Source of the DNA: Polyangiaceae bacterium
Lineage (GTDB): Bacteria; Myxococcota_A; Polyangia; Polyangiales; Polyangiaceae
Length of the DNA stretch: 64,000 nucleotides
Assembly: GCA_965222375.1 (NCBI GenBank)
Contig: CBDCTZ010000015.1
Location: forward strand, 128,001 to 192,000
Direction: 5' to 3'
Shown here: positions 37,762 through 48,374 of the stretch, piece by piece
Position numbering within the stretch: the stretch's first letter is position 1
Layout: every line of letters starts with the position of its first letter
The notes under the pieces: generated by a model
Databases searched by the model: none
What the model was told of the DNA's origin: nothing
What the model saw: only the letters and a program-made list of their open reading frames with translations
Made by a program: the position numbers and the translations under genes

Positions 37762-39420
37762 ATGGCCCGAACACGTGCGCTGCATCGCCCACACGCTCAC
37801 TGGTGGTACTCCTTCGCACTCGGACTGGGTGCTATCGTCGCCTGTGGTTCCACCGACGGCGACACAGGCTCGGGCAGTGATAGCAGCATCGATGCAGCAA
37901 GTGGCGGCGCGGGAGCCGCAGGTGATGACGCGGGCAGCACCGCTCCGGACGCCACGCCGTCGGCGTGCGGCAACGGAGTCGTCGAAGTAGGCGAGCAATG
38001 CGATCAAGACGACATGTACGGCAAATCGTGCGCTGAATTGGGATTCGAGAAGGGGACGCTCACCTGCAATGCATACTGCGGCTTCGATACATCAGAATGC
38101 CAGCTTTGCGGTGATGGCACACTGAGCGGTGACGAGGAATGCGAGGGCAGCGATGTAGGCGGGAAGACCTGCGAAAGCCTCGGCGCAACTGGAGGAAAGC
38201 CAAGTTGCGTCAATTGCAAGGTTGATCTGTCCGGCTGCCACACCTGCGGCGATCAGGTTTGTGACAAGCTCAAAGGTGAAAACAGCCTTGGGTGCTGGAA
38301 TGACTGCGGTTGGCAGGCGGGGTTCAAGGAGATTGCTGCCGGGGGCAGCTACAGTTGTGCGCTGCGCGCAGACGGCACCGTGTGGTGCTGGGGAAGTGGC
38401 GGCGGCGTGGGCGGTGCGGGCCCTGTCACGACGATACCGACCAAGGTGCCTATCGCAGACGTAGTCCAAATCTCCGTAGCAGCAGACGTTGGATGCGCGC
38501 TCAAGAAGAACGAAACTGTGTGGTGTTGGGGAGCCAACGGAGTCGGTCAACTCGGGCTCGGCTATGATGACGACGCCTGGCACGCCACCCCAGCACAGGT
38601 CAAAGCCCTGTCCAGCGTACGCTCGATCTCCACGAGCGCATCATTGAATTGCGCAACCAAGACAGACAACACCGTTTGGTGCTGGGGAGACGACACCGAC
38701 TGGCAACTCGGAAAGAACGGAAAAGACGCCTGCCCAAATCGATGCTCCACCACGCCGCTGCAGATCCAGGGGCTCTCCGCTTCGGTTCACGCGGTCGCTG
38801 GAACTTCCCGGGCTTGCGCCATCAACCAGGACGGCAGCGTGGAATGTTGGGGTAGTAGATTTTTGGGCACAGGCGATCTCATCTCGAGCACCGCGCCGCG
38901 AAAAGTCAAGCACCTCACGTCGACGGTTCAACTAGCTAGTTGGGCGGCAACCTGCGCACTGGCGGGTGAGGGTACCGTCCGCTGTTGGGGTTTGAACAAC
39001 GGTGGCTACTTGGGCAGTGGCCTGGGCAACCCCGGAGGCTGCATCAATGGCTTCACATGTGCTTCGGAGCCAGTGCTCGTTCCCGCCCTGTCCTCGGTGC
39101 TGTCCATCTCGCCTAGCTGCGCTCTCAAACAGGACGGGACAGTCTGGTGTTGGGGCGTCAACCAAAGTGGACAATTGGGAATTGGGACGAACAAGGGACC
39201 CGAGACTTGCGTGGGCCCTTTTGCCGATTGCAGTTCCAAACCCGTCGCCGTCAAGCAGCTGCCGCCAGCCGCGCGCATCGCCAGCGGCTACTACCATGCA
39301 TGCGCTATCGTCGACGGCGGAGATGCCTGGTGCTGGGGGGCAAACCACAAAGGGCAGCTCGGGATTGGCAGCCTGAAGGACAGCCACTTGCCGAAGAAAG
39401 TGGTCATGCCCGTAAACTAG
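37762..39420 (+). CDS. Lipoprotein with Myxococcus-type Cys-rich repeats and RCC1-like repeats
   Basis: IVAC lipobox, CGNGVVEVGEQCD, repeated DGTVWCWG...GQLG. Confidence 0.88.
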   Translation: MARTRALHRPHAHWWYSFALGLGAIVACGSTDGDTGSGSDSSIDAASGGAGAAGDDAGSTAPDATPSACGNGVVEVGEQCDQDDMYGKSCAELGFEKGTLTCNAYCGFDTSECQLCGDGTLSGDEECEGSDVGGKTCESLGATGGKPSCVNCKVDLSGCHTCGDQVCDKLKGENSLGCWNDCGWQAGFKEIAAGGSYSCALRADGTVWCWGSGGGVGGAGPVTTIPTKVPIADVVQISVAADVGCALKKNETVWCWGANGVGQLGLGYDDDAWHATPAQVKALSSVRSISTSASLNCATKTDNTVWCWGDDTDWQLGKNGKDACPNRCSTTPLQIQGLSASVHAVAGTSRACAINQDGSVECWGSRFLGTGDLISSTAPRKVKHLTSTVQLASWAATCALAGEGTVRCWGLNNGGYLGSGLGNPGGCINGFTCASEPVLVPALSSVLSISPSCALKQDGTVWCWGVNQSGQLGIGTNKGPETCVGPFADCSSKPVAVKQLPPAARIASGYYHACAIVDGGDAWCWGANHKGQLGIGSLKDSHLPKKVVMPVN

Positions 39421-39481
39421 CCCGTGGTTCAGGTTCGCCACTCGCCATGGAGGTCCGGCGCCGACGGCAGCAACCCCGACC

Positions 39482-40171
39482 TCAAGGCTTGACAATTTGA
39501 GTGCCCGCAGGCGGCTTGAAGCGGAATTCCTTCCTCGAGACCTTCATGTTGATCTTGGGACGGACGAAGGTGAAGCGGTTGCGGTTGCCCTGGGCATCCA
39601 AGAGCAGCACGCGACGCACCTGGTAGGTGTTCGCGTCCACATAGAGCAGCATTTTCGAGTAAGCCGGAGTAGGCTTCTTGGGGATGCCTTCGAGAACGTA
39701 GCCACCTTCGAAGCGCAGCTGGCGAGAGTTGAGCTTACGCAGCTTGAACTCTTTGCGCAGATTGCCGCCGCCCACCAAGAACGCCAGCGCCGCCGGATAC
39801 TGGCTCTTGCGCATGGACTGTTCGTACATCTGCTTGTTGTCGGACTCGTAGACCTTGATCTTCTTGCCGTCACTCACGACGCGATTGCCGTTGTTGGAAT
39901 AACGCCAGCTCATCTTGCCGGGCTTCTTGAAGACGACGGTGCCCTTGCTGTCTTTGGTCTTGTTGTAAGCCTTGACGCGGTAGCGCTGCTTGAAGCCCGC
40001 CTTGAAGGTCTTGCTCTTGTCATAAAAGCGCTGCACGCCGTCCGCGACGGCATTGGCGCTGATGTTCTTGGGAGCGGCCTTCTTGGCCTGGGCTTCGGCG
40101 TGCATGGGCAGCGCCGCGATGGGGGCTGCAACGCCAACGAGAACCGAGAGAACTGCGTGTTTGAACTTCAT
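39482..40171 (-). CDS. lolA: Outer membrane lipoprotein carrier LolA
   Basis: FKAGFKQ, GTVVFKKPGKMSWRY, VVSDGK, FKPPAG. Confidence 0.85.
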   Translation of the reverse strand: MKFKHAVLSVLVGVAAPIAALPMHAEAQAKKAAPKNISANAVADGVQRFYDKSKTFKAGFKQRYRVKAYNKTKDSKGTVVFKKPGKMSWRYSNNGNRVVSDGKKIKVYESDNKQMYEQSMRKSQYPAALAFLVGGGNLRKEFKLRKLNSRQLRFEGGYVLEGIPKKPTPAYSKMLLYVDANTYQVRRVLLLDAQGNRNRFTFVRPKINMKVSRKEFRFKPPAGTQIVKP

Positions 40172-40407
40172 GACGATTCCTCTGAGAACGAGAACGCGGG
40201 ACAGGCGGTTTGGCTTGCACTGCTGTTCACATTCGGACAGACGGCTGAGTCGGGCGAAAGATTCGCAGAAAACTGCACAAAATCCAGGGATTTTCGCCTT
40301 TTACGTTTGTGTCAGCGGCGGCATTTCCTATGTGAGGAAGCATCTCTGCAGAAATCTGCCCCAGCCACGAAAAAGCCCGGGGATCTTCAATACATACGGC
40401 CGCAAAT

Positions 40408-40983
40408 CTAGCGCGTCGACGATGACCGTCGCGGACTGCGCCGACGTCGCTTGGTCATGAGGCTCTTGGCCAGCGCGGGTGGAATCGACTTTTGCCGCAG
40501 CCGCTCCTCGATGGGTCCCAGCCGCAGGTGGGTGACCGCCAGAGCCAGAGCGTCCGAGGCGTCCTCAGGAGGCAGCTCCGAAAGCGACAACAAACCGCGA
40601 ATCATCATGGCCACCTGGTGCTTGGCCGCTTGGCCACCGCCAGTGATCGTACGCTTCACTTTTGCCGGCGCGTATTCCGCCACGCGTACGTTCGCACGCG
40701 CCAGCGCCAGCAGCACGACGCCGCGAGCATGCCCGAGCTTCGCTGCGGCTTGCGCGTCCTTGTGAAAGAACAGGCTCTCCACCGCGCCCACATCGGGCGC
40801 GTGCGCCGCAATGATGTCCCTCAACTTCGCATCAATCACCGTGAGCCGCTCAGCCAGTGGCTGCTTTCCATTCAGCCCAATCACGCCGTGTGCCACGTGG
40901 GTCAGTCGGTTCCCGGACCGCGAAACCACACCCCACCCGAGCCTCCGAGTGCCGGGGTCGATGCCGAGAGCGAGCATATCCAT
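40408..40983 (-). CDS. ruvC: Crossover junction endodeoxyribonuclease RuvC
   Basis: LGIDPG, AVESLFF, KLGHARGV, EYAPAKVK, DASDALA. Confidence 0.92.
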   Translation of the reverse strand: MDMLALGIDPGTRRLGWGVVSRSGNRLTHVAHGVIGLNGKQPLAERLTVIDAKLRDIIAAHAPDVGAVESLFFHKDAQAAAKLGHARGVVLLALARANVRVAEYAPAKVKRTITGGGQAAKHQVAMMIRGLLSLSELPPEDASDALALAVTHLRLGPIEERLRQKSIPPALAKSLMTKRRRRSPRRSSSTR

Positions 40984-41155
40984 CAGTACCAGGGTTCTGT
41001 CCCCATGGAAAGAACGCCGCTGCCACGACGGTTTCCTTCGCGGGTTTGTTGGTTGGGGGGTCGCATCCCTGGGCCAGAACGGGGCCCTACTCTCGCCCTG
41101 CCCCACGCGATAGCGAAGGCACGCAGAGGTGCCTTGCCGCTCGCCGGCGATGGCT

Positions 41156-41557
41156 CTAGGGCGAAGCCGCGCCGACTTCCAGGCGTACCGCCGCGCCCTT
41201 TTTCGCGGCCGCCACGACCTTCGGCGCGGCTTGGGACCAGCTGGCATCCACGGGCATTGTCACCGTAGCGGCCGCAGTCCCCCGCAACCCCAGAAGGACA
41301 GACGTGGTCACCACTCCTCGAAAGCGGCCAAAGTGCGGCCATACCCAGGCTTCGACAACCGGCCGTCGCAGATTGCAGTCGCAACCCAAGAGCGCTTTCG
41401 GCACCCCCTCCCACAGACGCCGACTCTGGGCGTCACGATCCGCGGACGGGTTCGTGTCACACCCCAACCCAGGCAGGGCGAGCCATGCCGCTGCTAGCCA
41501 TCCAGATCCCGCGGCACGCTTGCAACGTGGCCCAGGCACCAAGCACGCGTGCAACAT
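41156..41557 (-). pseudogene. Possible degenerate lipoprotein gene
   Basis: Lipobox-like GLGC in a short ORF with an unclear start. Confidence 0.3.
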
Positions 41558-41650
41558 CGTCTGGCAGTCTAGCCGTATCTCGAGACGGGCGCGACGGGGT
41601 GTCCGATTCTCTCTAGTGTGGAAGAGTTACGCGGGAGCTAGGTTCTCGAC

Positions 41651-41978
41651 GTGGCGAAAGGCACCGTGGGCACGCGTGGCGCGAGACTGCTGCTCGGTGC
41701 GTTGATGTGGACGGCGATTGGCGCCCTCGCGTTCGCGGGGTGTAGGGCCGGGTCTATTCGGGGTTCACGGACGCCCAGGCCTGCTACACGGCTGCACGAA
41801 CATTGGCGTGCTCGCACCCAAGCTTCAGCGCCGGCTCGAAGAGTGTCAGGGGCTCGCCTGCAACCTCGCACCAAATTGCATCACCAAGGTGCTCGCTGAG
41901 GCGAAGAACCGCTGCGGCAGTGCGGCCCATCGCACCCCCGCGGGTGACGCCACCATGCATGGCGTCGCTCGAGAGTAA
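41651..41978 (+). pseudogene. Possible frameshifted lipoprotein gene
   Basis: Signal/lipobox FAGC in the 41651 frame and a Cys-rich segment in the 41718-41978 frame. Confidence 0.3.
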
Positions 41979-42111
41979 TGGCCCTTGGCCGCCAAGAGAT
42001 ACGACCCCAAACACCCCCAAACGGGCTCGCTCGGTTCAACGACGACAGCGGGCTCCGCTAGTAGTCTGAGAACTCGCTCGACGGGCTACCCGCTTGAGGT
42101 ACGCTAGCTTC

Positions 42112-44652
42112 GTGTCCAAATCCCTCGGTGACAGGGTTGTCGTCGGTGCGGACGACGACACCATCTTGGCATCGTTTCTGGAGCACGTGGAGGAGAGCGG
42201 GCTCACGCTCTATCCGGCGCAAGAGCAAGCTCTGCTCGAGATCGCTTCGGGCAAGAACCTGATCCTCAACACGCCGACGGGCTCGGGCAAGTCGCTGGTC
42301 GCCAGCTTCGTGCACTTCCGCGCTCTCGCGAAGGGGCAGCGCTCGGTTTACACGAGTCCAATCAAGGCGCTGGCTAGCGAGAAGTTCTTCGCGCTAGCCA
42401 AGGAGCTCGGCCCAGAGCGCGTCGGCATGCTGACCGGCGATGCTGCAGTGAATCGTGACGCGCCGATATTGTGCTGCACAGCGGAGATCGTTTCCAACAT
42501 GGCCCTGCGGGAGGGCGCAGACGCCGACATCGACCATCTGGTGATGGACGAGTTCCACTACTACTCGGACGCGGAGCGCGGCGTCGCTTGGCAGATCCCA
42601 CTGCTGCTCATGCGCCGCGCACGCTTCACGTTGATGAGCGCCACCCTGGGCGATACGAGCTTCTTCGAAGAGCGTCTGACGGAGCTGACCGAAGTCGAGA
42701 CCGCGGCGGTCGTAAGCAAGGACCGCCCGGTGCCACTGGATTTCTCGTATCGCGAGACTCCGCTGCACGAGACGGTCGAAGCTCTGCTGAGCGAGGGGCG
42801 CGCGCCAATCTACATCGTGAACTTCACCCAGCGCGGCGCCGCGGAAGAAGCACAGAGCCTGATGAGCGTGGATTTTTCGAGCAAGGAGGAGAAACGTGAA
42901 ATCAAGCAGGCGCTGGTCGGCGTGCGGTTCGAAAGCCCCTACGGCAAGGACTTCATGCGTTTCCTGCGTCACGGCATCGGACTGCACCATGCGGGCTTGC
43001 TGCCCAAGTATCGGCTAGCCGTGGAAAAGCTGGCGCAGAAAGGCCATCTGAAGATCATCTCGGGCACCGACACGTTGGGCGTCGGCGTGAACATCCCGAT
43101 CCGCACGGTGCTCTTCACCAAGCTATGCAAGTTCGATGGGCAGAAGACGGCGATCTGCACGGTTCGGGATTTTCAGCAGATCAGCGGGCGGGCTGGGCGC
43201 AAGGGCTTCGATGATCGCGGCAGCGTCGCGGTGCAGGCACCAGCGCACGTGATCGAGAACATCCGCCTGGAAGCCAAGGCCGCGGGCAATCCGACCAGGA
43301 AGCGCAAGCTGGTCAAGAAGAAACCCCCGGTCCGCGGCTACGTGCACTGGGACCGCGCTACCTTCGATCGACTGGTGAGCTCACCGCCCGAAGCGCTCGT
43401 GTCGAGGTTCCGAGTCACTCACGGCATGCTGATCAACGTGCTCGGGCGCGAGTCCGGCGGGTGCATGGCCATGGCGCGGCTGATCCGTGACTCTCACGAA
43501 AGGGAAGCCGACAAGCGCGAACAGGGCAGTGTTGCGCTGCAGATGTTCCGCGCCTTGTTGGACGCGGGGATCGTGGAGCGCGTTCCCCTGGACGCCGCTG
43601 GCGGCGGCGTTGGCCATCGCATTCAGGTCAGCGAGAGCTTGCAGCACGACTTTTCCCTGAACCAGGCCCTGTCCCTATACTTGCTGGACACGATCGGACT
43701 GCTCGATATCGAGGGCGAAAGCTACGCCCTCGACTTGCTCACCCTGGTCGAGGCGATACTGGAAAACCCTATGGTGATCCTGCGCAAGCAGCTGGATCAG
43801 CTCAAGACCCTCGCTATCAGCGAGATGAAGGCCGCAGGGGTCGAATACGAGGAGCGCATCGCAAAGCTGGAAGAGCTCGACTACCCGCGCCCCAACGCCG
43901 ATTTCATCTACGGCACCTTCAACGCTTTCGCCGAAAAACACCCCTGGGTGGACCAAGAGAACATCCGCCCCAAGTCCATCGCTCGAGACATGGTGGAAAA
44001 GTTTCTCTCCTTTTCGGACTACGTGAAAGAGTATGGCCTCGAGCGCTCCGAGGGGCTGCTTCTGCGCTACCTCTCCCAGGTCTACAAGGTTCTGGTGCAA
44101 ACCGTGCCGGACGAGGACAAAACCGTGGAGGTCGATGAGCTGGTGACCTTCTTCGGCGCCATGGTGCGACAGGTCGACTCGAGTCTAATCGACGAGTGGG
44201 AGCAGATGCGCGCGGGCCCATCGGAGCCGGCTCTGCGCCCGCCCCGCGACGATCTGGAGCCCGAGGGCTCCCAGGACGTGACCCGGGACGAGCATGGCTT
44301 CACGGTGTTGGTGCGCAATGCCGTGTTCCAACTGATCCGGGCGCTTGCGCGGCGGGATTTCGCGCAAGCCACAGAACTCGTGCACAGCGACGATTCCGAA
44401 GCGATGGGTCGCGCCGAAATCGAACTCGTGATGACCGAGTTCTTCGCGCAGCACGCAGCGCTGAGGATCGACCCGGAGGCGCGCAGCCCCAAGCTCCTGA
44501 CCCTGGACAAGAGCGAGTTCCGGTGGGAGTGGTCTCAGCTGTTGCTGGATCCCGAAGACGAAAACGATTGGGTCCTGAGCGGCAGCATCGACATCGATGC
44601 GTCACGCGAATCCGGGCGCCCAATGCTTTCGCTACGACGCATCGGGTCATGA
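42112..44652 (+). CDS. Ski2-like DEAD/DEAH-box helicase (DUF3516-type)
   Basis: [35 protein letters not shown]. Confidence 0.92.
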   Translation: MSKSLGDRVVVGADDDTILASFLEHVEESGLTLYPAQEQALLEIASGKNLILNTPTGSGKSLVASFVHFRALAKGQRSVYTSPIKALASEKFFALAKELGPERVGMLTGDAAVNRDAPILCCTAEIVSNMALREGADADIDHLVMDEFHYYSDAERGVAWQIPLLLMRRARFTLMSATLGDTSFFEERLTELTEVETAAVVSKDRPVPLDFSYRETPLHETVEALLSEGRAPIYIVNFTQRGAAEEAQSLMSVDFSSKEEKREIKQALVGVRFESPYGKDFMRFLRHGIGLHHAGLLPKYRLAVEKLAQKGHLKIISGTDTLGVGVNIPIRTVLFTKLCKFDGQKTAICTVRDFQQISGRAGRKGFDDRGSVAVQAPAHVIENIRLEAKAAGNPTRKRKLVKKKPPVRGYVHWDRATFDRLVSSPPEALVSRFRVTHGMLINVLGRESGGCMAMARLIRDSHEREADKREQGSVALQMFRALLDAGIVERVPLDAAGGGVGHRIQVSESLQHDFSLNQALSLYLLDTIGLLDIEGESYALDLLTLVEAILENPMVILRKQLDQLKTLAISEMKAAGVEYEERIAKLEELDYPRPNADFIYGTFNAFAEKHPWVDQENIRPKSIARDMVEKFLSFSDYVKEYGLERSEGLLLRYLSQVYKVLVQTVPDEDKTVEVDELVTFFGAMVRQVDSSLIDEWEQMRAGPSEPALRPPRDDLEPEGSQDVTRDEHGFTVLVRNAVFQLIRALARRDFAQATELVHSDDSEAMGRAEIELVMTEFFAQHAALRIDPEARSPKLLTLDKSEFRWEWSQLLLDPEDENDWVLSGSIDIDASRESGRPMLSLRRIGS

Positions 44653-44665
44653 GGGCAGAAGCGAC

Positions 44666-45751
44666 ATGAAGCAAGCATGGATGCTCGGTAGCTTGGCGAT
44701 ATGCGTTGCATGCCACAGCGAGCGCCCGGCGGCGCCGCCCCCAACTCCGCCGCCCGCGGTGCAACTGCCTCCGCCCCCGGCGCCCGGCGCCCAGCCGGAA
44801 CTCGTGGTGGAGCAGTCGGCGCGTCCCGACAACCCCTGCATCGTCAAGGTAGCCGAGCTCAAAGGCCGTATTCCCGTCCGGCTCTCGGCGAATCTCGAAC
44901 CTTTCGCCTGGCTCCGAAAGCCGCGGGCAGCGCTGCATGTGAAGGTTGGCAACGCTTCTCGTGCCCAACTCGAGCTCGAGAAAGAGGGCGTCGTGTTTAC
45001 GCTGCGCTACGTGGCACGGGATCTACCGCTTCGCCCGACGCGACCCATCGTGTTCGCCGGGCACGTCGTTCCCAATGCCTATGCGGAGTTCGGGCTCCTC
45101 AGCGCAACCGCGGAGAGCGTAACCGTGAGCTACCAGCTGTCAGCAGCATTCAAACCAGCAGCGCCCCTGCATCAACAGGTGCAGTGTGGGGACCTCGCTT
45201 TCGAAAGAACTCGATTTGACCCGCGAAAGGCGACCAAGCTTGGAAAACCCAGTGGAGAAGGTTCGCTACCGGCCGGGCGCGAATTGCCTTTCCACGACAA
45301 ACCCGGCGCTCCGGAAATCACACGGCACACCCTGGCGCGCGCGTCCGGTGTGGACATCCATGAGGCGCGCGACGGTTTCAGCTTGGTCGCGTTCACGACG
45401 CAAGGCGAGTTCGTGTTCGGCTGGGTGCCAAGCTCCCTTCTTTCACCTGGGGTGGGAGGCATTGGGCTGGGCAGCATTGGAACCATTGGACGCCATGGTT
45501 TTGGGACGAGCTACAAGTCGCACATTGGCTGGGTGAGTTGCGACCGAGACCTCGAGCTATTTGCGCGCCTTGGTGAAGAGAGTGGACGCGTCGGTACGAT
45601 CCGCGCAGGAACCCGTTTCGAGCCCGGCAGCCGGCAGGACGCGCGCACCAAGGTCAAGTTCTGGGCGCAGTGGCTACGCGTCGCGCCGAAGGCCAAGCTC
45701 TCGGTCGACTCTGACGCCCTCGAGCATTGCGCCCCCCTCGGCCGTCCTTGA
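44666..45751 (+). CDS. Hypothetical lipoprotein
   Basis: Lipobox CVAC, Pro linker, internal GIGLGSIGTIG motif. Confidence 0.7.
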   Translation: MKQAWMLGSLAICVACHSERPAAPPPTPPPAVQLPPPPAPGAQPELVVEQSARPDNPCIVKVAELKGRIPVRLSANLEPFAWLRKPRAALHVKVGNASRAQLELEKEGVVFTLRYVARDLPLRPTRPIVFAGHVVPNAYAEFGLLSATAESVTVSYQLSAAFKPAAPLHQQVQCGDLAFERTRFDPRKATKLGKPSGEGSLPAGRELPFHDKPGAPEITRHTLARASGVDIHEARDGFSLVAFTTQGEFVFGWVPSSLLSPGVGGIGLGSIGTIGRHGFGTSYKSHIGWVSCDRDLELFARLGEESGRVGTIRAGTRFEPGSRQDARTKVKFWAQWLRVAPKAKLSVDSDALEHCAPLGRP

Positions 45752-45762
45752 GCGTCGGGGAG

Positions 45763-46305
45763 TCACTTGGGCAGGGACTTCTCGATGCAACGCTGTATGC
45801 ATTTGGCTTGAGGCTCGATGCACTCCGGCGAGCATGGGATGAAGTTCGTGGTGCACTGGGTGCTGCAGGACCACTTGCCCCCGCATCCCTTCGCACAAGC
45901 GTTGCAAGACTTTCTGCAACGCGCGACGCAGCCCAGGCAGGACTTGTGGCACTTCTTGGTGCAAGCATCATCTCCGGGGTCGGGTGTGAGGCAGACGTCG
46001 TCTTCAATCAAGCCGCAGGGGTCCTCGGACTCGTCCGTTGCAGGAGACGTCGTCGGTGCTGAATCGGCCTTCCCGGAACTGGTCGCCGTTGGCGTGGCAG
46101 CAGCGGGGGCGGCGAGCGTGCTTGGTTCCGGGCTAGCCGAGGGCGTCGAGGCTGGTGGTTCGGAGGCTGGCGCCGAAGCCGGGCTTGGCTCTGCCGGTTG
46201 GCTGGCCGCCGTGCCCGCGCCGCAGCCACTGGATGCGACGAACCCAGCGCTGACCAACGCGAACGACATGATGAGGTTCCTGTAAGGCACGGCGCGCACT
46301 GGCAT
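45763..46305 (-). CDS. Lipoprotein with Cys-rich C-terminus
   Basis: SSGC lipobox, Pro/Ser/Ala linker, CxxxC ladder. Confidence 0.7.
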   Translation of the reverse strand: MPVRAVPYRNLIMSFALVSAGFVASSGCGAGTAASQPAEPSPASAPASEPPASTPSASPEPSTLAAPAAATPTATSSGKADSAPTTSPATDESEDPCGLIEDDVCLTPDPGDDACTKKCHKSCLGCVARCRKSCNACAKGCGGKWSCSTQCTTNFIPCSPECIEPQAKCIQRCIEKSLPK

Positions 46306-46523
46306 CCGCGTGAGTTTCCCTCGATGTCCTTCCCAAGTACAGGTCTCGCGCATGGGTCCGCCACGCAGCGAGCTGCACCCGGTCGAGCCCGGGCGGGACT
46401 TGGCACCCGCGAGGTCCCAGCACGAGGTTTCTTTCACTTTTCCTCTAGTTGACCTCCTCCTCATCCAGGCTTTGCCTGGCGCACCGACCCCAAACCAAAC
46501 AACACAAGAGACGGGCGGCGTGC

Positions 46524-47492
46524 CTACTCAGACTCGAACCGCTGCCCGTTCCAGGTGTAGCGGTCGACGGACTTCTTCGAAACACAGACTTCGCGGTACT
46601 TCGCCGGCAGACCGTGGTCAGGCTTGGAACAACTGATCTCCGTCGTTTTGATGATGGTTCTCGGGAAACCGCCCTCGAGGGAAATGCTGCCACTGTTCAC
46701 CTTGACCGGCGGAAAGGGGCAACCGCTGTAGGTTGCATGATACAGCGTGTGCACGAGTACCGAGGCGAGCTGTCGACCCTTCAGAACGAAGTACTCGAGC
46801 TTGTGGGTGCCACTTCGCCCACAGCCGCCGCACTTGCCGTACTGACGAACCACCTGCAACGCGTCACGCTTTTCGTCCACCAGGCGCACGGGCTCCACGA
46901 CAATAGGGGGCGAGTATGGATCGACACCGAGGCACGCGCTCTGTCGGTGGCTTTGATCTGCCGACATCGGCTCTCCAATGCGACACCAATAGCTGTGCGC
47001 CTTGGGTGTGAGCACCCGAAAGCGAACGTGCTGAACCGGCATTGGGCCGTCTCCGCCTTGGTAGCGAAGGTAGACGCCACGGTCCATTTCGGAGTCGGAC
47101 GTCATGGCGAGGGGGATGAGCTCGAGTTCGACGAGCTTTGGGGCCACTGGGGGCGAGTTGCCGCCCTCCGAGCGCTGGTCAGGCACAGGGTCGAACCCCA
47201 TGTTGGCGAGCAATTCATTGCGGCGCTCTGCTTTGCGGGCAGCTCGCAACTCATCTTTCCAGCGTTCCAAATCGAGCTTGAGGGCGAGGCCGCCTTCACA
47301 CTTCGGCTCGCCGGCGGCCCCTTGCACCAAAGAAGCGTCGGGCGACGCGCCGACGGCCGCATCGGGAGCATCGGGCATCGGGCCCGGTGCAGCTAGCGGG
47401 CGCCGCTGACTCGCAGGCGTGCAGTTAGCGACCCAAAGCACGCCCAACAAGGTCAACATGGGCCATAGCGCGTACTCGTACCGGCGTTTCAT
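46524..47492 (-). CDS. Hypothetical lipoprotein
   Basis: VANC lipobox-like signal, ends ...YTWNGQRF. Confidence 0.7.
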   Translation of the reverse strand: MKRRYEYALWPMLTLLGVLWVANCTPASQRRPLAAPGPMPDAPDAAVGASPDASLVQGAAGEPKCEGGLALKLDLERWKDELRAARKAERRNELLANMGFDPVPDQRSEGGNSPPVAPKLVELELIPLAMTSDSEMDRGVYLRYQGGDGPMPVQHVRFRVLTPKAHSYWCRIGEPMSADQSHRQSACLGVDPYSPPIVVEPVRLVDEKRDALQVVRQYGKCGGCGRSGTHKLEYFVLKGRQLASVLVHTLYHATYSGCPFPPVKVNSGSISLEGGFPRTIIKTTEISCSKPDHGLPAKYREVCVSKKSVDRYTWNGQRFESE

Positions 47493-47580
47493 CGCTGCCC
47501 GCGAACCCTATCAAACCCACAAGACACCAACGCCCGGAACGAGGAATCGCATCCGGGCGTCAGTAGGAGCCGCCAGCGGC

Positions 47581-47733
47581 TCAGTTGCAGTTGGCGCCGT
47601 AGTCTGAGCAGCAATCCGCGCGCCCCACACAACCCGAGTCGCAGCAGCACAGGTTGGGCGGACTGGTGCCCGGCGCGTTGGTCGTCTCGCCACAGTGGCC
47701 GGCACAGCTGCCACCAAAAGCGGCACACCTCAA
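47581..47733 (-). pseudogene. Orphan somatomedin B-like domain fragment or small ORF
   Basis: SCAGHCG...CCCDSGCVGRADCCSDYGANC with no signal peptide. Confidence 0.5.
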
Positions 47734-47903
47734 GCCCCTGCGCGACCGTCGCGTGCTATCGCACGTTCTTCCAGCTAGAGAAAAATCGGGCCCGCGAGCT
47801 TTTCGGTGCAATTTCAGACAATTGCGTGTTTTCCGGCACGGCTCCGCGCGTTTTTTGTCATGGTCCAAGAAAGATCGCCAGCTTCGTTCCCACTAAGATG
47901 GAC

Positions 47904-48299
47904 ATGATGCGACAGATAACGGTGAGCGTGGGCTTGGTCTTGTTCGGGATGCTTTCGGCCTGCGGAAGCGATGATGACGACGGAGGCACCGAGGCCGACA
48001 AACAAGGCATCGGGGCCAGCTGTAACAACAACGACGACTGCTTCGAGCAGGGGCAAACCTGCCTGAGTTTCAAGGGGGGCTACTGCGGGGTCGAGGACTG
48101 TAAGGACGACTCGGACTGCCCGAGCGGCTCCCGCTGCGTCGCCCACACCGCACCAGCAAAGAACTATTGCTTTCGGGTCTGCGCCGACAAGATCGACTGT
48201 AATCGAAACCGACCTGCCGATGCTGAGGCCAACTGCTCCGCCAATCTCGTCTTCGCAGATGGCAAAAAGGGCGGGAAAGCCTGCATTCCGCCGAGCTGA
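47904..48299 (+). CDS. Small Cys-rich lipoprotein
   Basis: LSAC lipobox and FKGGYCG. Confidence 0.75.
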   Translation: MMRQITVSVGLVLFGMLSACGSDDDDGGTEADKQGIGASCNNNDDCFEQGQTCLSFKGGYCGVEDCKDDSDCPSGSRCVAHTAPAKNYCFRVCADKIDCNRNRPADAEANCSANLVFADGKKGGKACIPPS

Positions 48300-48374
48300 A
48301 CGCGGCCGCCGCTGGCGGCCCACAAAGAGCCACAAACTGGGCCAGACCCACCCATCCATGACAGCCCAGGGGGG

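Noticed and set aside
42002..46530. Shared CGACCCCAAAC...ACGGGC at about 42002 and 46485 as a REP-like element
   Set aside because: Only 11 bp of identity with differing spacing, too weak to support.
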